DNA of 64,000 nucleotides from Phycisphaerae bacterium (lineage in GTDB: Bacteria; Planctomycetota; Phycisphaerae; UBA1845; Fen-1342). Where the stretch lies: positions 800,001 to 864,000 of the forward strand of contig CAXXWX010000026.1 of the NCBI GenBank assembly GCA_963675745.2, read 5' to 3'. Below are positions 20,295 through 30,426 of this stretch, piece after piece (position 1 is the stretch's first letter; every line of letters starts with the position of its first letter). A program made the translations under genes and the position numbers. The notes under the pieces were generated by a model. That model did no database searches and was not told where the DNA came from. It was given only the letters and a program-made list of their open reading frames with translations.

Positions 20295-20870
20295 ATGCGC
20301 GAAACCAGGGCCAGCCTGTTGTTGCGAATCCGCAACCGCCGCGATTCGGTGGCCTGGGGCCAGTTCGATGCGATCTACCGGCCGCTGTTGCATCGTTTCG
20401 CGCTGGCGCGTGGATTGGATGACTCAGAGGCCGAGGACGTCGTACAGCATTGCATGATGGCGCTCACGCGTCACATCGACGGCTTTGACTATGACCCGAG
20501 CAAGGGGCGTTTTAAGGGGTGGTTGTGTACGCTGGCGATGAACCGTATCCGCAACCTTCACAGCCGCCGCCGTGAGCAGCCCGCCGCTTCGCAGGATCTG
20601 AAGCGCGACCAGCAACGCGAGGACTCGCCCGAGGAGCAATTCGAGCAGGTTTGGCTGGACGAGCACCTGCGCCACTGTCTGGAGCAGGTCAAGGAAGAGG
20701 TCGAGCCGACGACATACGCGGCGTTTCAACAGCACGTTGTTCAACAGCGCTCGGTTGCCGAGGTCTGTGCCGCGTTTGGATTGAGCACGAACCGCCTGTA
20801 CAAAATCAAGGCGCGCATGTTGGGAAAGCTGCGCGCGCGGATGAACGAATTGCTGGGGGACGACGGGTAG
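20295..20870 (+). CDS. ECF sigma-70 factor, planctomycete type
   Basis: TR.SLL.R.R...D..AW..F...Y, YDP.KGRF.GWL. Confidence 0.9.
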   Translation: MRETRASLLLRIRNRRDSVAWGQFDAIYRPLLHRFALARGLDDSEAEDVVQHCMMALTRHIDGFDYDPSKGRFKGWLCTLAMNRIRNLHSRRREQPAASQDLKRDQQREDSPEEQFEQVWLDEHLRHCLEQVKEEVEPTTYAAFQQHVVQQRSVAEVCAAFGLSTNRLYKIKARMLGKLRARMNELLGDDG

Positions 20871-20938
20871 CCAATAGCCGGTCGACAGGCTGGTTCATCA
20901 CGGAAACGGCATGTCCTGTACAACCGCGTAATCTCTTC

Positions 20939-20992
20939 TTGACATCAGTGTGTAGCTGAGGCAGACTATAATGAGTGAAGATTTACTTATTA
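20939..20992 (+). promoter_or_regulatory. tetR promoter with candidate palindromic operator
   Basis: TTGACA 20939-44, TATAAT 20967-72, imperfect palindrome TAATGAGTGAA-GA-TTTACTTATTA 20969-92. Confidence 0.6.
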
Positions 20993-21002
20993 CAGAGGTT
21001 GC

Positions 21003-21617
21003 ATGATGGCCAGGCCGGTTCAGAAGCGGCAAGACATAGAGCGGGGAGTGGTGGAGGCGGTCGCGGTGAAGGGCCTGCGCGGCACGACGATCCAGGATAT
21101 CGCCGACGCCGCCGGCGTCTCGCCGGGGCTGCTTTACCGCTATTGGAAGAACCGCAATGATCTGGCTGGGGAGGTATATCGCGCACATTTATCGGACATC
21201 CTGGCACGCCTGGCCAAGTGCGCCGCGCCGCACGTGCGGACCATGGATCGGCTGCGCGCCGTCGTGCGAGAGTTCTTTCGCTTCGCCGACGAACAGCCCG
21301 TGATTCTGCGTTTCCTGCTCTTCACGCAGCACGAGCTCGGCGGGGCCGTCCCACAGGACGAAGGTGTGCGCGCGTTCATGCGTGAGTTGATCTACGACGG
21401 CGTCCGCGACGGCAGCTTCCGCCAGATTAATCCGGAGCTCGCGCTCCAATTCGCATTCGGCATCGTCCTCCAACCCACCATCGCCGCGATTTACGGCGAC
21501 ATCCCGCAACCGGTGGCGGATCACTACGACGAAATCATGTCGGCGTTGGAACGCGCGCTGCTGCCGGCGGAGGTGAACACGGCGAACGCGCGTGCGCGCG
21601 AAATCACCTCACCATAG
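21003..21617 (+). CDS. TetR/AcrR family regulator
   Basis: G...TTIQDIADAAGVSPGLLYRYW..R..L HTH. Confidence 0.93.
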   Translation: MMARPVQKRQDIERGVVEAVAVKGLRGTTIQDIADAAGVSPGLLYRYWKNRNDLAGEVYRAHLSDILARLAKCAAPHVRTMDRLRAVVREFFRFADEQPVILRFLLFTQHELGGAVPQDEGVRAFMRELIYDGVRDGSFRQINPELALQFAFGIVLQPTIAAIYGDIPQPVADHYDEIMSALERALLPAEVNTANARAREITSP

Positions 21618-21687
21618 CACGACTCACACGCCGCACCCACGCTGCGTCACATGGACCGCCGCGCCCGGCATATCTACAATGCGCGGC

Positions 21688-23538
21688 ATGATCGGCCCGC
21701 CCGGTAAACCCGTGTCACTGGATTCGCAGACATTGGCGACGGTCAGCCGGTTTTACGAAGCATTCGCACCGGCTGGGCAAGCGCCGGCCCGGTTCGACCG
21801 CACGTTTCGTAACATCGCCAACGCGCTGTGCAGCACGTTTGACACGTCGCACGTGATTTTGTGGGTGCCGGACCCCGAAGCCGAGGGGGACGAGGCCGTC
21901 GGCGCGGGCGATCGCGGTCGGCTGAATCCGGCGTTCACCACGTTTCCCGCGGAGATGTTTGAGGCAATACCCGACAGTGTCCCGATGACATTGTCGCGCG
22001 TCGGGCGGGCGTTCGCCGAGGGGCGGGCACGTTTCTATCCAGAGCTCGACGCCTGGGCCAGCGCGACCGAATACGACCTGCTGCGCGAACACGGGCTGGC
22101 CGGCATGTGGGCAATCCCGCTGCGTCCCATGGTGCAGCGAATCACCACGCGCGAACTCGATCCGCACAACGTGCTGGCGGTTGCGCTGGCGGGCTTCCCG
22201 GCGAAGTCATGGGTCGCCGAGCTGGCGCCCGAGGCGCTGGGGTTTTTCGGCAGCATCTGCGGCCGCGCGATCGAGCGGGCCCTCTGGGCCGAGCAGGATC
22301 TGGTCAGCCAGAAAGCCTACGAAGCGCTCGATGCCGTCGAGACCGACCGTTTCAAGGCGATGGCGACCGTGGCGGCGGTGATCAAGGACTGCATGCAATT
22401 CGAGGCCTGCACGATCCTGCAAGCCGATGGGCCACAACACGTGTTACGGGTGCTCGGCACGACCGGCCTCGATTCGCGCATCCCGCTGCGCAAGATGTAC
22501 TACAACTATGGTGAAGGCTGCACGGGATGGGTGGCGGAAAACCGCAAGACGCTGGCAACCGAGGATCTGCGATCGTGCCCGTTGCACACCAGGCAGAAAT
22601 ACCCCGACGTCGTGGTGTCAGCCGAGCACCAGCAATACCTGGGCACGCCGATGCTGTCGAACGCGGGCGAGTTGCTCGGCGTTATTCGCTTACGCAACAA
22701 GCTGCCGCCCGATGGGCAAGCCTGGCCGCGCTGCCTGAACCACCTTGATCGCATCCGTGTCGAGCGGGTCGCCAAACTGATCGCACCGCTGATGTCGCTG
22801 TTAATAAAGGAGCGGCAGGTCTCGGGCGTGATGGAGCGCATTCAGCACGACCTGACCATGCCGGCGATGGCCATTCGCGACGGGGCCGGCATGCTGCTGC
22901 GCGAGTCGGACGCGACGATTTGTGGCGACCTGGACCGCGTTCGCCAGAAGCTGGAGGACATCGAATCATTCGGCGAGATTCTGCTACTGAATTCGGAGAT
23001 CATGGGCCTGACACCCGAGGTGGAACTGACGCTAAGGCCGGAGAACGTGCTGCCACTGGGCGGGTTCATTGTAAAGCTGTGCAAGATGCTCGGGCCGGCG
23101 GCGCGGCGGCGCGGGCTCAACGGGATTCTGTATAACCAGGGCAGTTTCATGTCCATTCCCGCCCTGTGGATCGATCCGCGCCTGTTTCAGGTGGCCATGT
23201 ACAACCTGCTGCAAAACGCCTTGAAGTACAGCGCGCGTGACAGCTTGATCACGATCGAGGGAGAGACCACGCGTACCGAAGGGGAGGTCTGGCACCTCAT
23301 CCATGTGAAAAACACGGGCATCGGCATAACCGACGAAGAGGCACCGCACATCTTCGAGCGGCATTGGCGCTCGCCACGGGCCCGCCGGCGCAGTAACACC
23401 GGCCTGGGCATCGGGCTGGCCACGGCCAGCGAAATCATCCGACGGCACGGTGGGCGGCTGGTGCTCACGCACGCCCATGACCCCACGGTGTTTACCATCG
23501 AGCTGCCGGCGCAGCTTGCTACCTGTAAGCCGGCGTGA
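21688..23538 (+). CDS. GAF-domain sensor histidine kinase
   Basis: GEGCTGWVA GAF; HDL H-box; NLLQNALKYS, G.GI and GLGIGL boxes. Confidence 0.88.
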   Translation: MIGPPGKPVSLDSQTLATVSRFYEAFAPAGQAPARFDRTFRNIANALCSTFDTSHVILWVPDPEAEGDEAVGAGDRGRLNPAFTTFPAEMFEAIPDSVPMTLSRVGRAFAEGRARFYPELDAWASATEYDLLREHGLAGMWAIPLRPMVQRITTRELDPHNVLAVALAGFPAKSWVAELAPEALGFFGSICGRAIERALWAEQDLVSQKAYEALDAVETDRFKAMATVAAVIKDCMQFEACTILQADGPQHVLRVLGTTGLDSRIPLRKMYYNYGEGCTGWVAENRKTLATEDLRSCPLHTRQKYPDVVVSAEHQQYLGTPMLSNAGELLGVIRLRNKLPPDGQAWPRCLNHLDRIRVERVAKLIAPLMSLLIKERQVSGVMERIQHDLTMPAMAIRDGAGMLLRESDATICGDLDRVRQKLEDIESFGEILLLNSEIMGLTPEVELTLRPENVLPLGGFIVKLCKMLGPAARRRGLNGILYNQGSFMSIPALWIDPRLFQVAMYNLLQNALKYSARDSLITIEGETTRTEGEVWHLIHVKNTGIGITDEEAPHIFERHWRSPRARRRSNTGLGIGLATASEIIRRHGGRLVLTHAHDPTVFTIELPAQLATCKPA

Positions 23539-23553
23539 TAACTTAGCGGAGTT

Positions 23554-24084
23554 ATGCCCGGGCAGACGATCCTACTTGTCGACGACGAACTCGAGATCCT
23601 CTCCGACCACATTCGGAAGTTGGAGGAGGCCGGATTTGCCGTCACCCAGCGCCGCACCACGGATCAGGCCATTGATGATTTCATGAATGACCGCGGCGTG
23701 GCCTACGATCTGGTCATACTGGACATGATGATCCCGCCGCCCGATCGCGAGGAGTATCGGCACTTCTACGACGATTGGGACGGGATGCGCTCCGGCGGCC
23801 GCCTGTTGTACATCCTGCGGCAGAGCCAGCAGAACCCGCACCCGCCGGTGCTGCTGCTGTCCAACCTCAAGGATGACGAGATGCTGACGGAGGCGTGGGA
23901 TCGCTACGCGATATGGTGCGATCGTCACGACCTCGACATGCCGCCGGTCCGCTCGGACGAGGCGATGATCTCCACGCTGAGGAGCCGCTTCGGCACCTGG
24001 GTGCGTGAGAAGCGCCGCACGCCCCCCTGGCATCTACCGAAGGTTGTGCAGGAAATCCTCGCCGACAGTTCTCCAACTAACTAG
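23554..24084 (+). CDS. Response regulator receiver protein with atypical C-terminal half
   Basis: ILLVDDE, DLVILDMMIP, PVLLLSN. Confidence 0.8.
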   Translation: MPGQTILLVDDELEILSDHIRKLEEAGFAVTQRRTTDQAIDDFMNDRGVAYDLVILDMMIPPPDREEYRHFYDDWDGMRSGGRLLYILRQSQQNPHPPVLLLSNLKDDEMLTEAWDRYAIWCDRHDLDMPPVRSDEAMISTLRSRFGTWVREKRRTPPWHLPKVVQEILADSSPTN

Positions 24085-24183
24085 GTCAGTGCGCACGTCT
24101 GTCCCGTACCGCCGCCGCCGGCGGTGGTGTGCATTGAGACGCGCTTGCGCTCGGGCCGCGGAATGGCTATAGTGACTGCCACG

Positions 24184-25698
24184 ATGAGCGACCAGAGATC
24201 CGATCGTATTGCCAAGCTGGACAGACTGCGTGCCCTGGAGCCGCCGGTTGATCCGTATGGCGCGCGTTTCACCGACGTCACGTCACACGCTGCGGTTCGC
24301 GCGGCCGCGGAGAAACTCGATATAGCCGAGGGGCAGATTCTCGAACCCGGCACGGGCACGAGCTTCCGAACCGCCGGTCGCGTGGTGCTGCAACGCGCGT
24401 TCGGCAATCTGATTTTCCTCACGGCGCGCGACCTGAGCGGCGATCTCCAGTACGGCCTCAGCAAGAAGCTGGTGGCGGGCAACGGCTTCAAGGTTGCGAA
24501 GCTGCTGGACCTGGGCGATATCGTCGGTGTGGACGGAGTGCTCGGACGTACGAAGACCGGCGAATTGACGCTGTGGGTCAGTGAGTTCACGCTGCTGTCC
24601 AAGTCGCTGCGGCCGCCGCCCGAGAAGTTCAAGGGACTCAAGGACGTCGAAGAGCGCTATCGTCGGCGCTACATAGATCTGGCCAGCAATGCTGAATCGC
24701 GCGAGGTTTTTGTGCGGCGCGCGCAGATCATGGCGCACATTCGCGAGGTGCTTCAACGCCGCGGCTTCCTGGAAGTTGACACGCCGGTGCTCCAGCCGTT
24801 GTACGGCGGGGCCGCCGCGCGGCCGTTTTTGACCCACCACAACACGCTCGACATGCGTCTTTACCTGCGGATCTCGCCGGAGCTGTACTTGAAGCGCTGC
24901 CTGGTGGGCGGCCTGGAGCGGGTTTACGAATTCTCGCGCTGTTTTCGCAACGAAGGTATCAGTGCGCGCCACAATCCCGAATTCACGATGCTCGAGCTCT
25001 ACCAGGCGTACGGTGATTACCACGACATGATGGAAATCACGGAGGAGATCATCGCCGGCGCGGCACGAGAGGTGACCGGCTCGACCAAGATCGCGTTCGG
25101 CGACCGTGAGATTGACTACACCACCCCCTGGCCGCGGCGCAAGTACGCCGACCTGTTCGCCGAGTACGTGGGCTTTCCGCTTTCCGAAATCGCTCAAGCC
25201 CGCGCTCGTGCGCGGGAGCTGAAGATCGAGGAGCACAAGCTGGACGACGCAGTCGTGATCAATGTCCTCTTCGAGCATTACGTCGAGCCGCACCTGATCA
25301 ACCCGACGTTTGTGATCGACTATCCGGCCCCGCTGTGCCCGCTCACCAAACGGCATCCGGACGATGCGAGTGTCGCGCTGCGTTTCGAGGTTTTCATCAA
25401 TCGCATGGAGCTGGGCAACGCCTACAGCGAGTTGAATGATCCGCGCGTGCAGGAGGAGACCTTCAGCAGGCAGCTTCGCGGCGAGGAAGACGAGACGATG
25501 GCGGTCATGGATACTGACTTCATCGAGGCCCTCGAGTACGGCATGCCCCCCGCCGGTGGTCTCGGCCTGGGCGTTGACCGCCTGGTCATGCTTCTTACCG
25601 GCAGCCAGAACATTCGCGACGTGATCCTGTTTCCGCTGCAACGGCCAGAGCAGACACACGACACGTCGCAGTCTGATTCGGATGAGCCGTCGGAGTGA
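24184..25698 (+). CDS. lysS: Lysine--tRNA ligase (class II)
   Basis: YGGAAARPF.THHN, YLRISPELYLKR, FRNEG...HNPEF, EYGMPPAGGLGLGVDRL. Confidence 0.98.
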   Translation: MSDQRSDRIAKLDRLRALEPPVDPYGARFTDVTSHAAVRAAAEKLDIAEGQILEPGTGTSFRTAGRVVLQRAFGNLIFLTARDLSGDLQYGLSKKLVAGNGFKVAKLLDLGDIVGVDGVLGRTKTGELTLWVSEFTLLSKSLRPPPEKFKGLKDVEERYRRRYIDLASNAESREVFVRRAQIMAHIREVLQRRGFLEVDTPVLQPLYGGAAARPFLTHHNTLDMRLYLRISPELYLKRCLVGGLERVYEFSRCFRNEGISARHNPEFTMLELYQAYGDYHDMMEITEEIIAGAAREVTGSTKIAFGDREIDYTTPWPRRKYADLFAEYVGFPLSEIAQARARARELKIEEHKLDDAVVINVLFEHYVEPHLINPTFVIDYPAPLCPLTKRHPDDASVALRFEVFINRMELGNAYSELNDPRVQEETFSRQLRGEEDETMAVMDTDFIEALEYGMPPAGGLGLGVDRLVMLLTGSQNIRDVILFPLQRPEQTHDTSQSDSDEPSE

Positions 25699-25877
25699 CG
25701 CAGTAATAATCGACGGTTGCGCACAGTCACCCCGACGCCGCGCACGCGCTCAGCAGCTTGCGGCAATCAGGGCCAGCCAGTATACCGGCTGGCGACGCGG
25801 GCCACGGAAGACCCGCCGATGCGTGACAGCGATCTCGGGTTCAGCACCCGCGCGCCGCGAGTCGAGACCAACGCGAG

Positions 25878-27488
25878 TTGTACAAGCTCTTTCTCACAAT
25901 CCGGTACTTGCGAAAACGCCGAATCGCGTACTTCGCCATTGTTGCGGTGGCACTGTGCGTGGCCATGGTGCTCACAGTCATGTCGGTCATGCAGGGGTTT
26001 CTGGATAATGTGAAGCTGCGCGCCAGGGGCCTTTTGGGCGACGTGATAGTCGACAATCGCGCGTATAGCGGCTTTCCTCTGTACGAGGAGTTTATCGAGG
26101 AAATCCGCCAGTGGCCGGAAGTGGTCGCCGCCACGCCGGTGATTTACTCCTACGGTCTGATCCGTTTCCCCGACACCGAGCAAAGCGGGACGGTCCGAGT
26201 GGTCGGGTTGCGGCTGGAGGAGGCCTACGAGGTCAATGCCTTCAGATCGAGTCTCTATTACGAAGAGCAATATCCGGGTGCGACTCAGCTTGGTGACGTG
26301 CGCCAGCCGCGCATCGGCGTGAAGTGGGAGGAGTTGCCGGAACAAGGCGGGTGGAAGCCGATTCCATCTCTGCCAGAGCCGTACGCGACGGCGCTGCAAC
26401 AAGCCAGAGCCCGCGGTGTGGTTGACGAGGATGAGGATCCGGACAAGGCGTCCAATCCGCATGATATCGACATTCCGCCCGGGCGGTTCGCCGCCGTACC
26501 GTTCGAGGGTCCGCGCGATACGGAGCCCGACTATGTGGGTGAGCCGCGGCCCGGTCTGATCATCGGGCGTGATATTGTCGCCGAGCGGCTGTCGGATGGG
26601 CGGTATGAGCGTTTCTATGACTGTGGTGAGCGCGTGCACGTCACGCTCTTGCAGGTTTTGCCGAACGGGACGGTCGATCAACCGGTGAAACAGGCGTTTC
26701 GTTACGTTGATGATTCGCGCACGGGGATTTTCGAGATCGACTCGAGACATGTGTATTGCGACTTCGACCTGCTGCAAAAGCTGCTGCTGATGGATGCGGC
26801 CGAACGCGCCGACGGCAGCGGCACGGCGCCGGCCCGCTGTTCGCAGGTTCAGATCAAGCTGGTCCCGAATCTGACCGGCACTCAGCACAAGAGCATCGCC
26901 AGGCGGCTCGAGCAGTGTTATCTGGCGCTCGCGAGCGAACCGCGCTTCGATCTCGACTTCTGGGAGCAGCGGCTCGTCAGCCGTATCACCGCCGTGACCT
27001 GGGAGGAGTCACAGGCTCACATCATCGAGCCGGTCGAGAAAGAGCGCATCCTGGTGACGATTATCCTGGGGGTTATCTCGTGCGTGTCGGGCGTGCTCGT
27101 GTTGTGCATTCTGTACATGATCGTGCTTCAGAAGACGCGCGATATCGGGATCGTCAAGGCCATCGGCGGCTCTTCGATGGGTGTGGCGCTCACGTTCGTC
27201 GGCTACGGCACGGCCATCGGCATCGTGGGAAGCGTTGTCGGCGGCGTCGGGGGATTCTGTTTTGTCACGTACATCAACGAGTTCCAGGCGTTTCTGGTCA
27301 GTTTGAACCCTGCGTGGCAGGTGTGGGACCGCTCCGTGTACTCGTTTGACGAGATTCCGAACCAGGTATCCCCCTGGGACATCGGCACGGTAGTCGTGGC
27401 CGCCGTGGGCCTGTCAATCCTGGGGTCGCTGTTGGCGGCCTGGCGTGCGGGTTCGATGGAGCCGGTGAAGGCGTTGTCCTATGAATAG
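25878..27488 (+). CDS. LolC/E-like ABC permease with large periplasmic domain
   Basis: TTG start MYKLFL..RYL; V.SVM.GF; KTRDIGIVKAIG; C-terminal P..AL.YE. Confidence 0.85.
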   Translation: MYKLFLTIRYLRKRRIAYFAIVAVALCVAMVLTVMSVMQGFLDNVKLRARGLLGDVIVDNRAYSGFPLYEEFIEEIRQWPEVVAATPVIYSYGLIRFPDTEQSGTVRVVGLRLEEAYEVNAFRSSLYYEEQYPGATQLGDVRQPRIGVKWEELPEQGGWKPIPSLPEPYATALQQARARGVVDEDEDPDKASNPHDIDIPPGRFAAVPFEGPRDTEPDYVGEPRPGLIIGRDIVAERLSDGRYERFYDCGERVHVTLLQVLPNGTVDQPVKQAFRYVDDSRTGIFEIDSRHVYCDFDLLQKLLLMDAAERADGSGTAPARCSQVQIKLVPNLTGTQHKSIARRLEQCYLALASEPRFDLDFWEQRLVSRITAVTWEESQAHIIEPVEKERILVTIILGVISCVSGVLVLCILYMIVLQKTRDIGIVKAIGGSSMGVALTFVGYGTAIGIVGSVVGGVGGFCFVTYINEFQAFLVSLNPAWQVWDRSVYSFDEIPNQVSPWDIGTVVVAAVGLSILGSLLAAWRAGSMEPVKALSYE

Positions 27489-28443
27489 CGCACTGCTGCG
27501 CACTGACGCGCTGAAGAAACACTACCAGATGGGACGCACGCGCCTCGACGTATTGCGCGGCTGTGAGCTCAACGTCCGGGAAGGCGAATTCATCACCATC
27601 ATGGGCAAGTCCGGCAGCGGCAAGAGCACGCTGCTGCACATTCTGGGCGCGCTGGACGTGCCCACCAGCGGTGAGGTCTATTTCAACGGGGCCGCCGTTT
27701 GTCGGCCTGACACGGCGATCGCGAGCCTTGGCGCGTGGTTGGACGGCATAGTTGCGTGGTTCCAGCGCCTGATCATGTTCGTGCTGTTGTGGATACTGCT
27801 GCCGGGATTTGCCCTGTTCATGCTGGCGGCCGTCTTCTTCATCGAGACAATCTCGGCGCACTTGTTCACTATCCTCGGCGTGATTACGGCCGCATTGGCC
27901 CTGCTTCCGCTTTACGTCGGTTTGCTGCTATGCCGTCTGCTGCTGGCGGACTTCGTCGGCCACCGCCGGATCGCCCTGCGCCGCCGCGCGTTTGGGTTTG
28001 TCTTTCAGTTTTATCACCTTCTTCCGGAATTGAACGTGCTCGAGAATGTGCTGCTGCCGCGCATGACAAAGAAGTGGCCCTGGACGTGGCTGTGGGAGCG
28101 CCGCGCCGCGCGGATCGATGCACTGGCGATTCTCAAGCGCGTCGGACTCGGGGGACGGCTGAAGCATCACCCCGGCGAACTCTCCGGGGGCGAGCGGCAA
28201 CGGGTGGCCATCGCCCGCGCCCTGGTTCACCGGCCGCGCGTTCTGCTGGCCGATGAGCCGACCGGCAATCTGGATGCCGAAGCCGGCCGCGGGATCATGG
28301 ATGTGCTCAGCGGTCTCCATGCGGAGGGCCAGACGATTGTGATGGTCACGCACGACCCGGCTTTGGCGAAGTACACGGACCGTGTGCTTCACCTGGAGAA
28401 CGGCCGGCTCCGCGAAGTCCGAGCTGACGCCGATACCGCGTAG
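27481..28443 (+). CDS. LolD-like ABC ATP-binding protein with hydrophobic insertion
   Basis: GKSGSGKST, GFVFQFYHLL, LSGGERQRVAIARAL, ADEPTGNLD, VTHD. Confidence 0.9.
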   Translation: MNSALLRTDALKKHYQMGRTRLDVLRGCELNVREGEFITIMGKSGSGKSTLLHILGALDVPTSGEVYFNGAAVCRPDTAIASLGAWLDGIVAWFQRLIMFVLLWILLPGFALFMLAAVFFIETISAHLFTILGVITAALALLPLYVGLLLCRLLLADFVGHRRIALRRRAFGFVFQFYHLLPELNVLENVLLPRMTKKWPWTWLWERRAARIDALAILKRVGLGGRLKHHPGELSGGERQRVAIARALVHRPRVLLADEPTGNLDAEAGRGIMDVLSGLHAEGQTIVMVTHDPALAKYTDRVLHLENGRLREVRADADTA

Positions 28444-28458
28444 CAACCGGCGCCGCTC

Positions 28459-30423
28459 TCAGGCCTCCTCGCTCTCGACGGGAATTCGAACAGTGAAGGT
28501 GCTGCCCTTGCCAAGCTCGGAGCGGACTTCGACCTTGCCCTGATGGGCGGCGGTGATGCGTTTGACAATGGCCAACCCCAGGCCGGTGCCGCGTGTTTTG
28601 CGCACGCGTGGGTCAGCGCCGCGTTCGAAGCCGCGGCCGAGGCGGCGAAGCTGGCTCCGCGCCATCCCAATCCCGTGATCCTCGACCTCGATCAGCACCT
28701 CGTTACGCCGGCGCCAGACAGCCACACGCAGGTACTTCCGATCCGACGAATAGCGGTGGGCGTTTTGCAGCAGATTGACGAGCACCTGTTCGAGCGCCGC
28801 CGGATCGGCCGTGATCGTCGGTAAATCCGGGGCGATGTCGAGCTGGCACTCAAAGCCCTCTTCGCGCAATCGGGGTTGAAACAGCGACCAGGCCTGGCGC
28901 ACGATCTGCCCGGGATCACACCGCGACATGTCGTAGTGGCGGCGCCCGGAGGCCAGGCGGCTGAAGTCCAGGATGTTGTCGAGCAGCATCGTCAGACGCT
29001 CACTCTCACGCGCTATCGTCTGATGGTACTCGCGGGCACGTTCGGCGTCGCTGACGCGTCCGGCCTCGAGAGTTTCGGCGGAGAGCCTGATCAGGGCCAA
29101 CGGCGTTTTCAGCTCATGGCTCATGTCCGCCATGAATTGCTGCTGCATCCGCACCAGCTCCCGCCGTCTATTCAGGGCGCGCATCACCAGCCAGATCACC
29201 ACGGCCCAGGCGCCGGTGGTGCCGATGCTGACGCTGACCAGAAAACCCAGTCTGCGCTGGGCTGATTCGCGCAGGCGTGTCAACGTCGCCCGCGACGGCG
29301 TGAGGGCCAAGCCGCCAAAGCACTCCGGCAGCCGGCAGAACAGCTCACCCTCGGCCGCCTCGGCGGGAGAAAGTACGCGCCAGCGCCGCTCGGGGGTTTC
29401 GCGATACCAATAGCGACGAATGACGTTATCGAGCGTGGCCACCAGCACGATCTGCCGATCATCGCGCGTGCGCTGCACAACCGCCAGCATGGCAGCCGCC
29501 TGCGCTGGCTTGAGGGTGGCGAATGCGATCTCCTCAGGCGCGAGCGCGCGGGTCGGTGGAAACGTGCTGAGCAGCGCGGTTTGAATCGCGGGCAGCGCGG
29601 CGCGCACCTCGGCCCGTCGGGCGAGCTGTGTCAACATCTCGTCAAATGGATCAGAAGCGAACGGTCGGCGCGGGATGGCCTCGACTCGGCTTTGTACCAG
29701 GGCGACCTCGGCTGGGCCGAACGCCGCCGTGTGGGCCGCGGCCATGGCATCCAGCAGAAGGCCCAGTTCATGTCGTGCCGCCGGCAGCTCCAGGCGATCC
29801 AGTTGGCAATCTACCACCGCCAGGCGCGCGCCAAATGCGCCGCGCCAGCCCGCCGGATCGGCGTCGAAGATCTCCGCGGCGCGCATGTAATCGCGCGCCG
29901 CCGCTCGCAGCAACCCCAGCTTTCGCGAGTTCGCCGCGGCGGCCAGCAGCGCCGACACGACCACCGGCCCGTCAGCGGTCTCACTGAGCGACTCGTAGTG
30001 CTCGACCGCGGCGGTCGGATCGTGGTCGGCAAACTCCAGCACCTCGCCTTCCTCGAGTTGATCATCGTACACAAGCGGCAGTGGCGCTTCGGTCGGTGTG
30101 CGCGGGTAGAAGTGATATGTCCCGCCACGATCATCGCTCCCGACAAACCACCAGAAGCGCTGCTCGCACGTCCAGGAATCGAGGGCATCCTCACCAATGT
30201 CACGGGCCGCCGTCGCCGCGTACAACCAGTTCTCCAGCTCGAGGCGAAACTCGCGTTCGCGTTCGATGGCGGCGTGCTGGGCCGCCTGTCGCTCGGCATC
30301 GAGTTCGCGCGCTTCGAGTGTGAGTCCCTGCCGCGCTACCGCCGAGACAATCAGCCACGTCAGCGTCAGGCTGATGGTGACGGCCAGGGCCGAGAGCAGT
30401 CGATCGGTGTTCCAACGCGGCAC
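28459..30423 (-). CDS. Membrane sensor histidine kinase
   Basis: Two TM segments; SHELKTPL, NLLQNA, DHGIG, GTGLGL. Confidence 0.9.
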   Translation of the reverse strand: MPRWNTDRLLSALAVTISLTLTWLIVSAVARQGLTLEARELDAERQAAQHAAIEREREFRLELENWLYAATAARDIGEDALDSWTCEQRFWWFVGSDDRGGTYHFYPRTPTEAPLPLVYDDQLEEGEVLEFADHDPTAAVEHYESLSETADGPVVVSALLAAAANSRKLGLLRAAARDYMRAAEIFDADPAGWRGAFGARLAVVDCQLDRLELPAARHELGLLLDAMAAAHTAAFGPAEVALVQSRVEAIPRRPFASDPFDEMLTQLARRAEVRAALPAIQTALLSTFPPTRALAPEEIAFATLKPAQAAAMLAVVQRTRDDRQIVLVATLDNVIRRYWYRETPERRWRVLSPAEAAEGELFCRLPECFGGLALTPSRATLTRLRESAQRRLGFLVSVSIGTTGAWAVVIWLVMRALNRRRELVRMQQQFMADMSHELKTPLALIRLSAETLEAGRVSDAERAREYHQTIARESERLTMLLDNILDFSRLASGRRHYDMSRCDPGQIVRQAWSLFQPRLREEGFECQLDIAPDLPTITADPAALEQVLVNLLQNAHRYSSDRKYLRVAVWRRRNEVLIEVEDHGIGMARSQLRRLGRGFERGADPRVRKTRGTGLGLAIVKRITAAHQGKVEVRSELGKGSTFTVRIPVESEEA

Positions 30424-30426
30424 AGG

